DNA of 64,000 nt. Source: a virus. The stretch's first letter is position 1. Every line of letters starts with the position of its first letter. Positions 38,733 through 48,501 of this stretch are shown here, one piece after another. The stretch lies in the IMG/VR virus record IMGVR_UViG_3300025264_002028, positions 1 to 64,000 of that record; one strand, given 5' to 3'. The notes below the pieces were generated by a model, which was not told where the DNA came from, made no database searches, and worked only from the letters and a program-made list of their open reading frames with translations. Made by a program: the position numbers and the translations under genes.

Positions 38733-39592
38733 ATTAGACCCTTCAATATATCTAATTCTTGGTGTGGGCATACAATCTCTGGAAAATCAATATGATCAAG
38801 ATTGATTCTGTAGCCACCTAAAAACTTTTCATTTAAAAATTGTGCATCATAAGAAAATTCGTCACCGTGTCGGTTTTTAATTGTGTTTTGTACTCTATTG
38901 TTTGGACTATTTACTACACAGCTAGTCTTAAGGGACGCCATAAGGGGAGGAATATCAAACCAGAATCTCTGTAGTTTTGCTTCAAATTCATTGGGAGTTT
39001 GTTTCCACTCAAAAGCACCACTATTATTCAATATATTCAATTCTTTAGCGAACCGTCTAGCGTCTTGCTTTCTAAAAATGTGACCATCCACTGACAGGGG
39101 ATATGACCAATAACCACCCACCGGAATTGTAGTACGATTCCATGTTAAAAAGGGATCATTTCGTTCTCGAAGAGGTATACAATCATCCCGTAACACCCCA
39201 TCCCCATAGTCTCGTTTACGAATATTACTTCCTAGCCTTAGAGATAGACACGAACATGGATTGTGAAATAATCCATCTAAAACGCTTGCGCTAAATGCCA
39301 CAGAGCTATAAACAATATCATCATCCGTTAAAAAACAAATATATTCCTGACAAGCGTGGGAAATTGTTTTTTCTATATCACCAAATAAACCTCCACTATC
39401 TTCCTCGTTTTGTAATATAAAATTTGTATCAAGACATTCTTTCTGTAAAATCTGATAAGATTGCACATGTTCCGTAGATGCCTGAAATATAACTAATATT
39501 TCAGACACTTGTTTAAAATTTCTTTGTATACTATTTAGTGTAAGATCTAGCTGAAGGGCTCTATCTTTACTAAACACGATTGCGGAAATCAT
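38729..39592 (-). CDS. Putative GT-A glycosyltransferase
   Basis: IVFSKDRALQL, FLTDDDI, YPLSVDGHIF, PNEFE. Confidence 0.6.
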   Translation of the reverse strand: MISAIVFSKDRALQLDLTLNSIQRNFKQVSEILVIFQASTEHVQSYQILQKECLDTNFILQNEEDSGGLFGDIEKTISHACQEYICFLTDDDIVYSSVAFSASVLDGLFHNPCSCLSLRLGSNIRKRDYGDGVLRDDCIPLRERNDPFLTWNRTTIPVGGYWSYPLSVDGHIFRKQDARRFAKELNILNNSGAFEWKQTPNEFEAKLQRFWFDIPPLMASLKTSCVVNSPNNRVQNTIKNRHGDEFSYDAQFLNEKFLGGYRINLDHIDFPEIVCPHQELDILKGLI

Positions 39593-40514
39593 ACCACCAT
39601 TCCAATGTTTTTTTGAGGCCATCTTCTAAATTTATTTGTGGTTCATATCCTAATAGTCTTTTTGATCTTGATATATCTAAGCATCTTCTAGGTTGGCCGT
39701 CTGGCTTAGAAGTGTCCCATTCTATTTTTCCCTTATATCCCATAAGGTCACACAGGAGGTGTATCAAATCAGATATTTTGATTTCTTGTCCAGTACCTAC
39801 ATTGATTGGATCGGCACCAAGCTGTTCATTATCTATAGATAATCTTATTGCCTGCGCGCAATCATAAACGTATAAAAACTCACGAGAAGCATCACCAGTG
39901 CCCCAACATACAACAGAGTCTTTGTTTCCATCTATAGCCTCTTGGATTTTCAGAATTAGAGCAGGAATCACATGGCTGCTTTTTGGATCAAAATTATCGT
40001 ATGGTCCGTACATATTAACAGGCACAAGATTCACCGAGTTAAAATTATATTGTTTATTATAAGCAATTAAAAGCTCCATCAGGGTTTTTTTGGCTATTCC
40101 GTAGGGGGCATTTGTCTCTTCTGGATATCCATTCCATAAATCATCCTCATTAAAGGGAACAGGAGTAAATTTGGGATATTCGCATACAGTACCCACCATA
40201 ACAAATCTTTTAAGTTTACCATATTTTCTACAAGATTCAATCAAATTTACACCCATAGCCAAATTTTCATACATAAAAAGTCCCGGATTGTCTTTATTAG
40301 CCCCAATTCCCCCCACTCTTGCTGCCAAATGTACAACATAATCTGGTCTAAATTCTGACAATAAATAGTCTACCTGTTTCTGTTTGGTTAAATCCCACTT
40401 GGACTTTCCAGCCAAAGGTATTACATCTGTAAATCCATTACTTATTAGATCATCACAAACGGCTTTCCCTAAAAATCCATATGCTCCAGTAACTAAGATT
40501 CTATCTTGTTGCAT
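39570..40514 (-). CDS. fcl: GDP-L-fucose synthase
   Basis: HLAARVGGIGAN, GTVCEYPK, PEETNAPYGIAKK, NMYGPYDNF, SHVIPALI, WGTGDASREFLYV, KPDGQPRR. Confidence 0.92.
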   Translation of the reverse strand: MQQDRILVTGAYGFLGKAVCDDLISNGFTDVIPLAGKSKWDLTKQKQVDYLLSEFRPDYVVHLAARVGGIGANKDNPGLFMYENLAMGVNLIESCRKYGKLKRFVMVGTVCEYPKFTPVPFNEDDLWNGYPEETNAPYGIAKKTLMELLIAYNKQYNFNSVNLVPVNMYGPYDNFDPKSSHVIPALILKIQEAIDGNKDSVVCWGTGDASREFLYVYDCAQAIRLSIDNEQLGADPINVGTGQEIKISDLIHLLCDLMGYKGKIEWDTSKPDGQPRRCLDISRSKRLLGYEPQINLEDGLKKTLEWWYDFRNRV

Positions 40515-41562
40515 TTAATTCCTCTTTGGTACGATTCCATTTGTTAATGATATCATTAGCTTCTTCAGTATATCCAAATGCTTCCAATATACTACTAATT
40601 CTATGAAAGTTTGTATGGCCATCCAACAATATTGCTTTACCTTTTTTGGCTAAGTCATTTTTTTCATTTTCGTTTTGAAGATAATAGGCTATCTTATCAG
40701 TAAACTCTGCACGAGAACGAGCAGTAGGAACCGTGTCTCCAAAAATTTTATTTATAGATTCAACATGATCAGAAACACAAAATCCTCCCGCGCATAAAAT
40801 TTTAAACACTCTTTCGTTTACATCGAATCCAAACTCTTGAGCATGAGGCTCACTAAGATTGGGAGATATTTTTGCAGAAGCGAATAAGTTTTTAACATCG
40901 GAATCATCTATAACTCCGCAATACTGGTTTACACCACTCCAAGGTTGATTTCCAAATATTTTAATATTGTAATAGCCTACTGGAAAACACAAGGGTAATA
41001 AATACTGATCAATTACTAACGACTTGTATGGCCAGTAGCCACCCACAAAACCAATATCACATGCAAGATGGTCTTGGAAAAAAGAATAATAGTATTCATC
41101 AATATCAGCGCACATCATCAATGATAAGGTGTCTATATCTAAGTTGTCTTTCCAGTGGTTATGCGTAGTGTTCATAGCGTCTTGATCATAGTGTATATGA
41201 ACAAAGTCTGGCTTTCCTGTTTCTTCTTTTAGTTTTTCTAACGCTTCCTTTTCTTGATCCGTAGCATATAATATATTAAATTGCGATTTATCTACTTGTT
41301 TTTCATGATCGCCCCAATCGCCAGCTCGCAGTCCCACTTTTAAGTGTGGTCTTTCGTATATACATTTAATCAAAGAGGGTGTAAGATTATATGCTTGGCC
41401 CATAAATATATCCGGCTCAAAAGAATCAAAAGCATCAAAGGGTGATACGGCTTTACAGTCCCATATTGATGCCTCTATTCCTATGGTCCGAAAAGCCTTT
41501 AGCCATGCCATTCTTTGATAGAAATGGGCGTGTCTTCCATCACTTGATATTAAAATTCTCAT
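40501..41562 (-). CDS. CgeB-like GT-B glycosyltransferase
   Basis: DIGFVGG, SAKISPN, NERVFKILCAGGFCVSD, HTNFHR. Confidence 0.75.
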   Translation of the reverse strand: MRILISSDGRHAHFYQRMAWLKAFRTIGIEASIWDCKAVSPFDAFDSFEPDIFMGQAYNLTPSLIKCIYERPHLKVGLRAGDWGDHEKQVDKSQFNILYATDQEKEALEKLKEETGKPDFVHIHYDQDAMNTTHNHWKDNLDIDTLSLMMCADIDEYYYSFFQDHLACDIGFVGGYWPYKSLVIDQYLLPLCFPVGYYNIKIFGNQPWSGVNQYCGVIDDSDVKNLFASAKISPNLSEPHAQEFGFDVNERVFKILCAGGFCVSDHVESINKIFGDTVPTARSRAEFTDKIAYYLQNENEKNDLAKKGKAILLDGHTNFHRISSILEAFGYTEEANDIINKWNRTKEELNATR

Positions 41563-42256
41563 TCGATAGATCCCTCATACAATCAATTTCTAATATGGAC
41601 ATATTATCCGGTTCATAACAAATAAAACTTCCACCTTTTGATATTATCAAATTTATTATTTCAAATAGTAACATTTTTTTTATGGTTTCATTTCCTCTCA
41701 AGTACAGATTTTTAATTGCTTCAAATTCTTTTCCAGTAATATAAGCCATCTGACACCACTTAGTAGATAATCCATATGATAAGATGGTGGCACGTTTATT
41801 AACGACCGTCAATCCCACCTCTTTACTGCTGATTTGGTTTTTATTATCAATTATTAAAAATGACCTATCATACTTAAGTTCGCTAAGAGTATTTAAATTG
41901 AAGTAAAGATCTCCATGAAAAAAAAACATACTGTTACTAGTTGTGTTGTTGATAGCTAATCTTAAGCTTTCAGAAGAAGTTGTTTGATCGTATATCTGAT
42001 TTTCTACTATCCTTACTTTATTTTTGGTTTTTCTTATAATTCTATTTGTAGAATATCCAGTGACTAATATAATATCAGGATGACAAAAGGCATTTTCAAG
42101 AACTGATATTTGATGTTCTATTAATGTTCTGGTCCCTATTTTAATGAGACTTCTAGGCTCATATGATTTAATTCTTTTACCTACTCCAGCAGATAAGATA
42201 GCAACACACACGGAGCCGTTTGATTCTTTTTTTATTTTTTGTGTAAATCTGCTCAT
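41540..42256 (-). CDS. Nucleotidyltransferase (LicC/MobA-like NTP transferase)
   Basis: ILSAGVGKRIKS..PRSLIKIG, VTGY, HGDL, EIDC. Confidence 0.78.
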   Translation of the reverse strand: MSRFTQKIKKESNGSVCVAILSAGVGKRIKSYEPRSLIKIGTRTLIEHQISVLENAFCHPDIILVTGYSTNRIIRKTKNKVRIVENQIYDQTTSSESLRLAINNTTSNSMFFFHGDLYFNLNTLSELKYDRSFLIIDNKNQISSKEVGLTVVNKRATILSYGLSTKWCQMAYITGKEFEAIKNLYLRGNETIKKMLLFEIINLIISKGGSFICYEPDNMSILEIDCMRDLSNENFNIK

Positions 42257-43038
42257 CGCGCTCTTATAGATGCAACATTGTTTTGGAAAACTTCATTAGT
42301 CATTTTCATCGACTGGTTTTGTCCGGTTTCTCGTACAATAGAAAGCGGATCAGGAACATGAACGATCATACATATATTTGAAAGTCTTAGCCATAGATCA
42401 TAATCTTCGATACAACCTATAAAACCTTTACTAGCTGGCCCATGTAATTGGCTATCAAAAAATTCACCATTTTTCAATATTATATGTTCTAAAAAATCCT
42501 TCTTAATTAGGGAGCCGCTATGTACTATGCACCCATTTTCTAATGCTCTTTTATCGTATGGTAATTTATATTCATGTTTAATATAATTAGTATGCCCATA
42601 TGTTCTGTGTGTTTCATAGTCACCATACGCAACTCCTACCTGACTATCATCAAGCAGTTTTTGTATCAAAACTTCTACTTTTTGAGGCTTGTACATGTCG
42701 TCGGCGTCTAAAATACCAAATATTTCGGCCCACTCCCACGCTTCCCACATAGCTATATTTCTTGCTGTACTTGCTCCAGAATTGTTTGTTTTATATGCAT
42801 ACAGATTATCTTTTTGTCTTCTTTCTATTGGCCCCGTGTAATAAGGAGTGTTCATTTCTTCGGCAGAGATTTCATCTGTTATTGATGATATTTTATCCCA
42901 TGAATCGTCAGATGATCCATCTTCCAACACATACACACGTATATTTGGATAGGTCTGATTTAATGCGCTATCAATAGCCCCTAAAACATACTCACCATAA
43001 TTATAATTGCTGATGATGATGGCAACATTAGGATTCAT
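42253..43038 (-). CDS. GT2 family glycosyltransferase
   Basis: NYNYGEY, SALNQTY, DGSSD, GASTARN, LDADD, EDYDLWLRL. Confidence 0.9.
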   Translation of the reverse strand: MNPNVAIIISNYNYGEYVLGAIDSALNQTYPNIRVYVLEDGSSDDSWDKISSITDEISAEEMNTPYYTGPIERRQKDNLYAYKTNNSGASTARNIAMWEAWEWAEIFGILDADDMYKPQKVEVLIQKLLDDSQVGVAYGDYETHRTYGHTNYIKHEYKLPYDKRALENGCIVHSGSLIKKDFLEHIILKNGEFFDSQLHGPASKGFIGCIEDYDLWLRLSNICMIVHVPDPLSIVRETGQNQSMKMTNEVFQNNVASIRAR

Positions 43039-43867
43039 TATCGTCGATCCATACCCGATCGCCTCGCGAAGCATAGTTTTCATTAAATGTACTCCAAGTA
43101 ATTATAGTATCTGGATCATCAGTAGGTACCTTTTTTAGTTTATCAATAAAAGTACCATCAGTATCTGTATCTGTTTTTGCAAAATTAAAAGCAGCAGCCT
43201 GAAAAATAAGTCCATTCATATCTTTATAAGGTTCTACTACAACCAACCTTTTCATGTCAATGTTTATACGGCGGTGTATTTTTTCCATTAATGTTCGTTC
43301 AATACTTTCTCCGCTAGTGGTGACATATATCCAACCATTTTTTGCGTGCCGAAAAGCACTCTCTATCATTAACCATGGGTCAGGCTGATACATGTTTAAT
43401 ACCATATTATATTCTGTTTCCTCAAACACAAAATGCTTCACAAAAAGACTATGAATCTCTTGGTTATATTCTACTTTTTTATTACATACTACAACATATC
43501 TTGCCTTATGATCAAGTTGATGCTTTATATCTAATAGTGTACGCTCTAAGCTTTCTAAAGGATTTTGTGGTGTATCGTCAAAAAGAATAAAAAATCCTAC
43601 TATAGGTTTGATTTCTGAAAATACAGTTTTTTTAAGGTTGGATTTTTCTTCCAGAGTGAGTTCTTTGATCCACGGTGTTGGCCTATAGGTATTACAAAAT
43701 CTATTAGACACAAAATGCGTTTTGCCGTCTTCATTAGTTTCTACATGATGATCAGGATTAATTTTGTCTACACGATCAATCTTACATCCAGATTGCACAT
43801 ATGCTCCTGATCCATGTACTATTTCTGCAAAAACACATTTATCGCAACTAAACTTCATTTCTACCAT
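43028..43867 (-). CDS. Hypothetical protein (Cys-containing N-terminus, possible degenerate GT-A fold)
   Basis: CDKC...C...C N-terminus; coupled to both neighbours. Confidence 0.5.
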   Translation of the reverse strand: MVEMKFSCDKCVFAEIVHGSGAYVQSGCKIDRVDKINPDHHVETNEDGKTHFVSNRFCNTYRPTPWIKELTLEEKSNLKKTVFSEIKPIVGFFILFDDTPQNPLESLERTLLDIKHQLDHKARYVVVCNKKVEYNQEIHSLFVKHFVFEETEYNMVLNMYQPDPWLMIESAFRHAKNGWIYVTTSGESIERTLMEKIHRRINIDMKRLVVVEPYKDMNGLIFQAAAFNFAKTDTDTDGTFIDKLKKVPTDDPDTIITWSTFNENYASRGDRVWIDDNES

Positions 43868-44285
43868 TAGGTCGCCTCGCGGTTACAATGCATTGAAAAT
43901 TATCGTTAGAAAAATCTTTAGACTCTATTTTTAGATAGTCAGACATTAAATTGCAAATGTCTACCATATTAAATACCGAGGACTTAGAGTTGCCTGCAAA
44001 TAAACATGTGTTTACATCATGAATACCGATTAAACCTTTGTTATACTGATGGGACAATAGGTCAAAGTCTAGTTGATAAAATGTAATTTGTGAATCTATT
44101 CTCATTTTAGACATGATTTTTTTTATTACGTCCCCTATTTCTTCAAATTTGAAATTAGCTAAAATATTATCAACTATTATTTCTGTAGCCTCACAATCTT
44201 CCACCAAAAGATCCAAGGTATTTAAATCACTAATCCATGTATAAGAAGCGTCTGATGGTTGACTCTTAGATAAATAAATTCTCAT
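43848..44285 (-). CDS. Hypothetical protein (possible degenerate methyltransferase fold)
   Basis: 145 aa with an RBS-like GGTAGGA upstream. Confidence 0.45.
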   Translation of the reverse strand: MRIYLSKSQPSDASYTWISDLNTLDLLVEDCEATEIIVDNILANFKFEEIGDVIKKIMSKMRIDSQITFYQLDFDLLSHQYNKGLIGIHDVNTCLFAGNSKSSVFNMVDICNLMSDYLKIESKDFSNDNFQCIVTARRPNGRNEV

Positions 44286-44387
44286 TTTAATTCCTACCCT
44301 CTATTTCAGTATAGTGTACTTAATAATTTTATTTTCTTCGCGTAGTTGCTAGAATTGTCGCTGCTCTTTTAATCAGACAATTCACAT

Positions 44388-45395
44388 CTACCCATAGTTT
44401 TTAATAACACTTCGAAACATTGAGTTCCAAGAATTAATAAATTTACTCAAGTTAAAATCTTCTTCTATAGTCTTCCTAGCTGCGTCTCCCAATCTTTTGG
44501 CTTCATCGGGATCAAACAATAATCTTTCACAAAAAATCTTTAGTTCAAGGGGGTCATTGCTAAGTAAGCCATTTTTATTATGTGTGATTACATCTGGTAT
44601 CATACAATTATTGGTACTAACTATAGCGCACCCACATGCCATAGCCTCCATCAGTGCTGTGGGCACGGGAGAATGGAGGGATGTATTAAGGAACACTGCT
44701 GAAGTCTGATATCCTGTTCTCAGCTTTTGTAATGAAGATGCAGCCTCTGACAAGCCGGGATTATTACCATATACTTTAACTGGAATACTGCTAGGTTTAA
44801 CCACTTGATTCCATAAGTTCCATCCGCAGCACCAATCTCTATTAGGCCAGTCGTTTACCACCGATAAACAAACGGGATTTCTTTTTATTGTATCGTCTGG
44901 CTTCCAAAAATTACAATCAACGCCATGTTCTATCACGGAAGCACTATATTCATTTTTCCCCCATGCATTACGATTATAAGCAGATATAAAACTTTCATGG
45001 GTCACTTCTATTTGGTTGAATCCTTGTATCTGCGAAGACATTTCGTATCTTATGTCTGGAAGGACATGAGTGTGGCGTATAATAGGTATATTCAAAAGAT
45101 CTTGTAGTTGATAAGAAGTATTTATTCTGTTGCAGCTTGTATGGCATAAAACTAAATCAAAATTTATATGAAATGGAACTTCTGATATGGGAAAATAATT
45201 AGAAGGAATTTTGGCATAATCTGTGTTCCATAGTTTGCCTTCTTTAACAGAATAAAAATTATGTCCGGTTTGACAAAGATTCTGTTCATATCTTTCATGA
45301 GTACAAAATGTAAGTATATTTAAAGGATCGATATCTGACAGAGATGCTCTACGTAATATAGACTTTATGGATTGCGATGTAGCTTTAGCTGTCAT
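44388..45395 (-). CDS. GT4 (GT-B) glycosyltransferase
   Basis: HGVD, FLNTS..SPVPTALMEAMACGCAIVS. Confidence 0.85.
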   Translation of the reverse strand: MTAKATSQSIKSILRRASLSDIDPLNILTFCTHERYEQNLCQTGHNFYSVKEGKLWNTDYAKIPSNYFPISEVPFHINFDLVLCHTSCNRINTSYQLQDLLNIPIIRHTHVLPDIRYEMSSQIQGFNQIEVTHESFISAYNRNAWGKNEYSASVIEHGVDCNFWKPDDTIKRNPVCLSVVNDWPNRDWCCGWNLWNQVVKPSSIPVKVYGNNPGLSEAASSLQKLRTGYQTSAVFLNTSLHSPVPTALMEAMACGCAIVSTNNCMIPDVITHNKNGLLSNDPLELKIFCERLLFDPDEAKRLGDAARKTIEEDFNLSKFINSWNSMFRSVIKNYG

Positions 45396-46494
45396 TGAGA
45401 ATCCTTTTCATTATATTTCCTACCTTTTTATGGCTATACTTAGAGGCTGCCTTTCTAGCTTTAGATTTTTCTTTTTCAAATTCTAGAGGAGACTCTTTAT
45501 ATTTTGTATACATAGACCTCATAGCAAAGGCTAGTTGTTCTACATTAATCTCGCGCCACTTTGAATTAGCTGTATATAAGTTGGGTAATGTGTCAATAGC
45601 CTTATAGCATGGCACTTCTATTGAGGAAACCGAGATTCCCGAACAAAAATCATCCATCCCAGTTCCTTTAGTATATATTACAGGTATTCCCATAGCCATA
45701 GCTTCCATTGCTGGTATACACCAAGCTTCTCCATAGCTAGGCATTACGAAACAGTGACATTGATTCATTAGAGACAGCAAATCTACTCTATTGAATCTAC
45801 CACTAATCACTACTTCCTCTTTATAATTTTGTCTAAGTTTAAGGCCGCTTTTTATGTGGGCAACATATTCTTGAAAAGTTTTCATGCATTCATTGGCGTC
45901 AGTATTTGGCCTATTTATTTTTAAAAATAAGTTCACGGGTTCTGCCGGGTGGAATTCCAAATGAAAAGCTTTAATCAAAGCCTCAATATTTTTTCTGGAA
46001 ACAAATTCTCCTATAAAGCCAAAATTAAAAGTGCTTCGCAGTTCTTCCACTTGTGCTCCGATAGGAACATTTTTATAAGACGCAATAGGCAAGGAGTGGG
46101 GAATAATTTTAATGGGAACATCTACACCACTTTGTTGTGAAGCTTTCACTATTTGTTTATTTGGCACCCAAGCTTCATCCATTATATTAATATATTTATG
46201 CCACAATGAATCCCTAAAGTTGGATGTCTCTGTCACATAAAACCCTATATTTTTATATTTTGAATTATAAGAATAGAGGTGTGGTAATGTATGTTGTATA
46301 CAGATATCAGATCCTGTCGTGTCATTTTGTTCTAACTCTGTAATTCTTTGTGGAATATCATCAGACATTTCGTCAAAAGAAATAGCACGAGGAACAACAT
46401 CAATACCAGCCGCATCAATAGCTAATATATTATTGATACAAGCGTTCGACCATCCAGTTCCGTCTTTATAATTCCCGACGTACAATATTTTCAT
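45385..46494 (-). CDS. GT4 (GT-B) glycosyltransferase
   Basis: RKNIEALIKAF, FVMPSYGEAWCIPAMEAMAMG. Confidence 0.88.
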   Translation of the reverse strand: MKILYVGNYKDGTGWSNACINNILAIDAAGIDVVPRAISFDEMSDDIPQRITELEQNDTTGSDICIQHTLPHLYSYNSKYKNIGFYVTETSNFRDSLWHKYINIMDEAWVPNKQIVKASQQSGVDVPIKIIPHSLPIASYKNVPIGAQVEELRSTFNFGFIGEFVSRKNIEALIKAFHLEFHPAEPVNLFLKINRPNTDANECMKTFQEYVAHIKSGLKLRQNYKEEVVISGRFNRVDLLSLMNQCHCFVMPSYGEAWCIPAMEAMAMGIPVIYTKGTGMDDFCSGISVSSIEVPCYKAIDTLPNLYTANSKWREINVEQLAFAMRSMYTKYKESPLEFEKEKSKARKAASKYSHKKVGNIMKRILNDS

Positions 46495-48121
46495 GTCTAG
46501 TCTGTTCCCACATGTTAAATGATTCTCTTAAATCGCAAAAGCTTTTGTAGGCTTTTTCTATATTAAATGGTTGTGAAGCCGCCGTTCCTGAGGATGTTAT
46601 ATTGTGAGACTCATTAAAGTAAAAATCTCTATGTGTACTTTCTACCATACGTTGATATGTTAAATCCCTCACCGTTCTTTTCCATAAGAAATTACCTATC
46701 CATTGTGGCTTCCCTAGAACCCTTTCAAACAGATAATTTGTTTGATCCGTAGCACTAATATCTTGAGGCGGTGGTGTAGTCGCAGGTGTAAAAATCTGAG
46801 GAGGCGATAACCAAGTTTGTGTATGGTCTAAAGTTTTTGTTTCGTGAAAATGTTGTGCCCACACATGCGCTGTTTTATCCCAATTATAATGGGCTAATGT
46901 GTTTTCTCTTATTTTAGCTCCTATAGCAGGAAGCGCATCTAGGTTAGAATATAGTTCTATTAATTTCTCAATCGTATCTGCGTTATTGGGTACAGCCCTA
47001 TAGCATCCTGTTTCGCACTCCCTATTTAAAGCGAGCGGCTTGAGTGCTATTCCCTTAATGTTATTTATTACAGATTCCATTGCGGAATATTCTACAGACA
47101 TAACTGGAACTCCACATTGAGCCGCTTCCAGTTGCGGCATCCCAAATCCCTCACTATTAGCATATTGCATATAGATATCGAATAAGTTATATATTTTACA
47201 AAAATCATCCTCTTCTACTTTGTTATTTATGCCCGCCATGTGACTACTAAATTTTCCACACTTTTTACAAAATGTAAATGAGTCCTTAAAGAAGTTGGGT
47301 TGTATCTCATGGCACAAATTGCATTGGTAGGTAAATAGAACTCTGTGAGTCAAGTCAAATTCTTGAAGCAATCTTGGAATGTCCCATCCTACATCTGGAT
47401 AACAAGTATGGCAATATAAATATGTGTCTATAGCCTTTGTTTCATCTAAAAATTTTCTAAAGACTCTAAATAAATCAGGGTAAAGTTTTCTTTTTTGGTT
47501 TCTCATTACAGTACCAATTAAGAATATATTTCCAGAGATACCCATAGATTCCTTATGTTGGACCTTATTGGTAACGGGCTTAAAGTTTGCACTAGCACAA
47601 GGAGACGCAATGCCCTTATATTTTATGTCGTCACACTGCTCAAGAAGTGTATCTCTTCCAAACTCTGAATAAGTAAATACGGCATTTGCACTGGCATATG
47701 TAGATACCCACTGTGGATTTTGTGGAAATGCATCTACAGTGGGCATAATGGACCAGTGAAACAAATCTCTGAATGGAGAACGCGCTTCAAATTCTATCAT
47801 CCACCAGTCCCTAATGTCTACTACAAAATCAGGCATAAAGTCTAGTAGTACAGAATTAAATTTGTATTCTCCAAACTGAAAAGAGGGGGACGATTGATAT
47901 GTACCCCAGTCGGGACCGTTTTGGAGTGGTTGGTTGGGATATATTTTCCAAGGCACACTTGGAATGGATGGGTTGTTATCGTCTATATAACACGCTAATT
48001 CCGCTACCTCGAATTCAGGCATACAGTGCAATCTAGACATAACCTCCTTGCTATAAACAGAATATCCGGTGGGCAAGAAAGAAGCCTCTGTACAAAAAAG
48101 TATTTTTTTACGCTTCTTCAT
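46466..48121 (-). CDS. GT4 (GT-B) glycosyltransferase with an inserted zinc ribbon
   Basis: VMRNQKRK, CNLC-x13-CKKC insertion, SEGFGMPQLEAAQCG. Confidence 0.85.
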   Translation of the reverse strand: MKKRKKILFCTEASFLPTGYSVYSKEVMSRLHCMPEFEVAELACYIDDNNPSIPSVPWKIYPNQPLQNGPDWGTYQSSPSFQFGEYKFNSVLLDFMPDFVVDIRDWWMIEFEARSPFRDLFHWSIMPTVDAFPQNPQWVSTYASANAVFTYSEFGRDTLLEQCDDIKYKGIASPCASANFKPVTNKVQHKESMGISGNIFLIGTVMRNQKRKLYPDLFRVFRKFLDETKAIDTYLYCHTCYPDVGWDIPRLLQEFDLTHRVLFTYQCNLCHEIQPNFFKDSFTFCKKCGKFSSHMAGINNKVEEDDFCKIYNLFDIYMQYANSEGFGMPQLEAAQCGVPVMSVEYSAMESVINNIKGIALKPLALNRECETGCYRAVPNNADTIEKLIELYSNLDALPAIGAKIRENTLAHYNWDKTAHVWAQHFHETKTLDHTQTWLSPPQIFTPATTPPPQDISATDQTNYLFERVLGKPQWIGNFLWKRTVRDLTYQRMVESTHRDFYFNESHNITSSGTAASQPFNIEKAYKSFCDLRESFNMWEQTRHENIVRREL

Positions 48122-48452
48122 TAAGATTTTCTTCTCTATTATTGTTGAAGATTTTGAAATTGGTTATTCTAAAGTTTACCTTTTGTCTTTTTTCTTCACC
48201 AACTGTCCATCTTTGTTGTCTGGCGATAGCTTCTACGGCAATAAAGTCCCCTTTTTTGCAGTATTTATGAATAGTGGTGGCGCCACTATCCCATGCCTCG
48301 AATTCTAGAAAATCCACCCTTTTCTTTTTCGTGCCGTCTTTATCTTTTCTATGTTCCTCAATAGCCAAAGTAAAGCTTACAAGGTGGGTATTATTTACTT
48401 CTTTTAGTCTGGGGTCGGCTACCAGCCTGCCGACAAAAGTGCATCTATTCAT
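48108..48452 (-). CDS. ssb: Single-stranded DNA-binding protein
   Basis: NRCTFVGRLVADP, FTLAI, DFLEFEAW, CKKGD. GGAGA RBS precedes the ATG at 48452. Confidence 0.88.
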   Translation of the reverse strand: MNRCTFVGRLVADPRLKEVNNTHLVSFTLAIEEHRKDKDGTKKKRVDFLEFEAWDSGATTIHKYCKKGDFIAVEAIARQQRWTVGEEKRQKVNFRITNFKIFNNNREENLNEEA

Positions 48453-48501
48453 AGGGATCTCCAAATTAAGTATGGGGGCTCCTATGTTATATAGACCCTT
48501 C

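Noticed and set aside
26569-48121. Bacterial O-antigen/capsule locus (i.e. the window is a host chromosome)
   Set aside because: No export, polymerase or initiating transferase genes; the cluster is continuous with phage-type replication genes, a homing endonuclease and virion-like genes.
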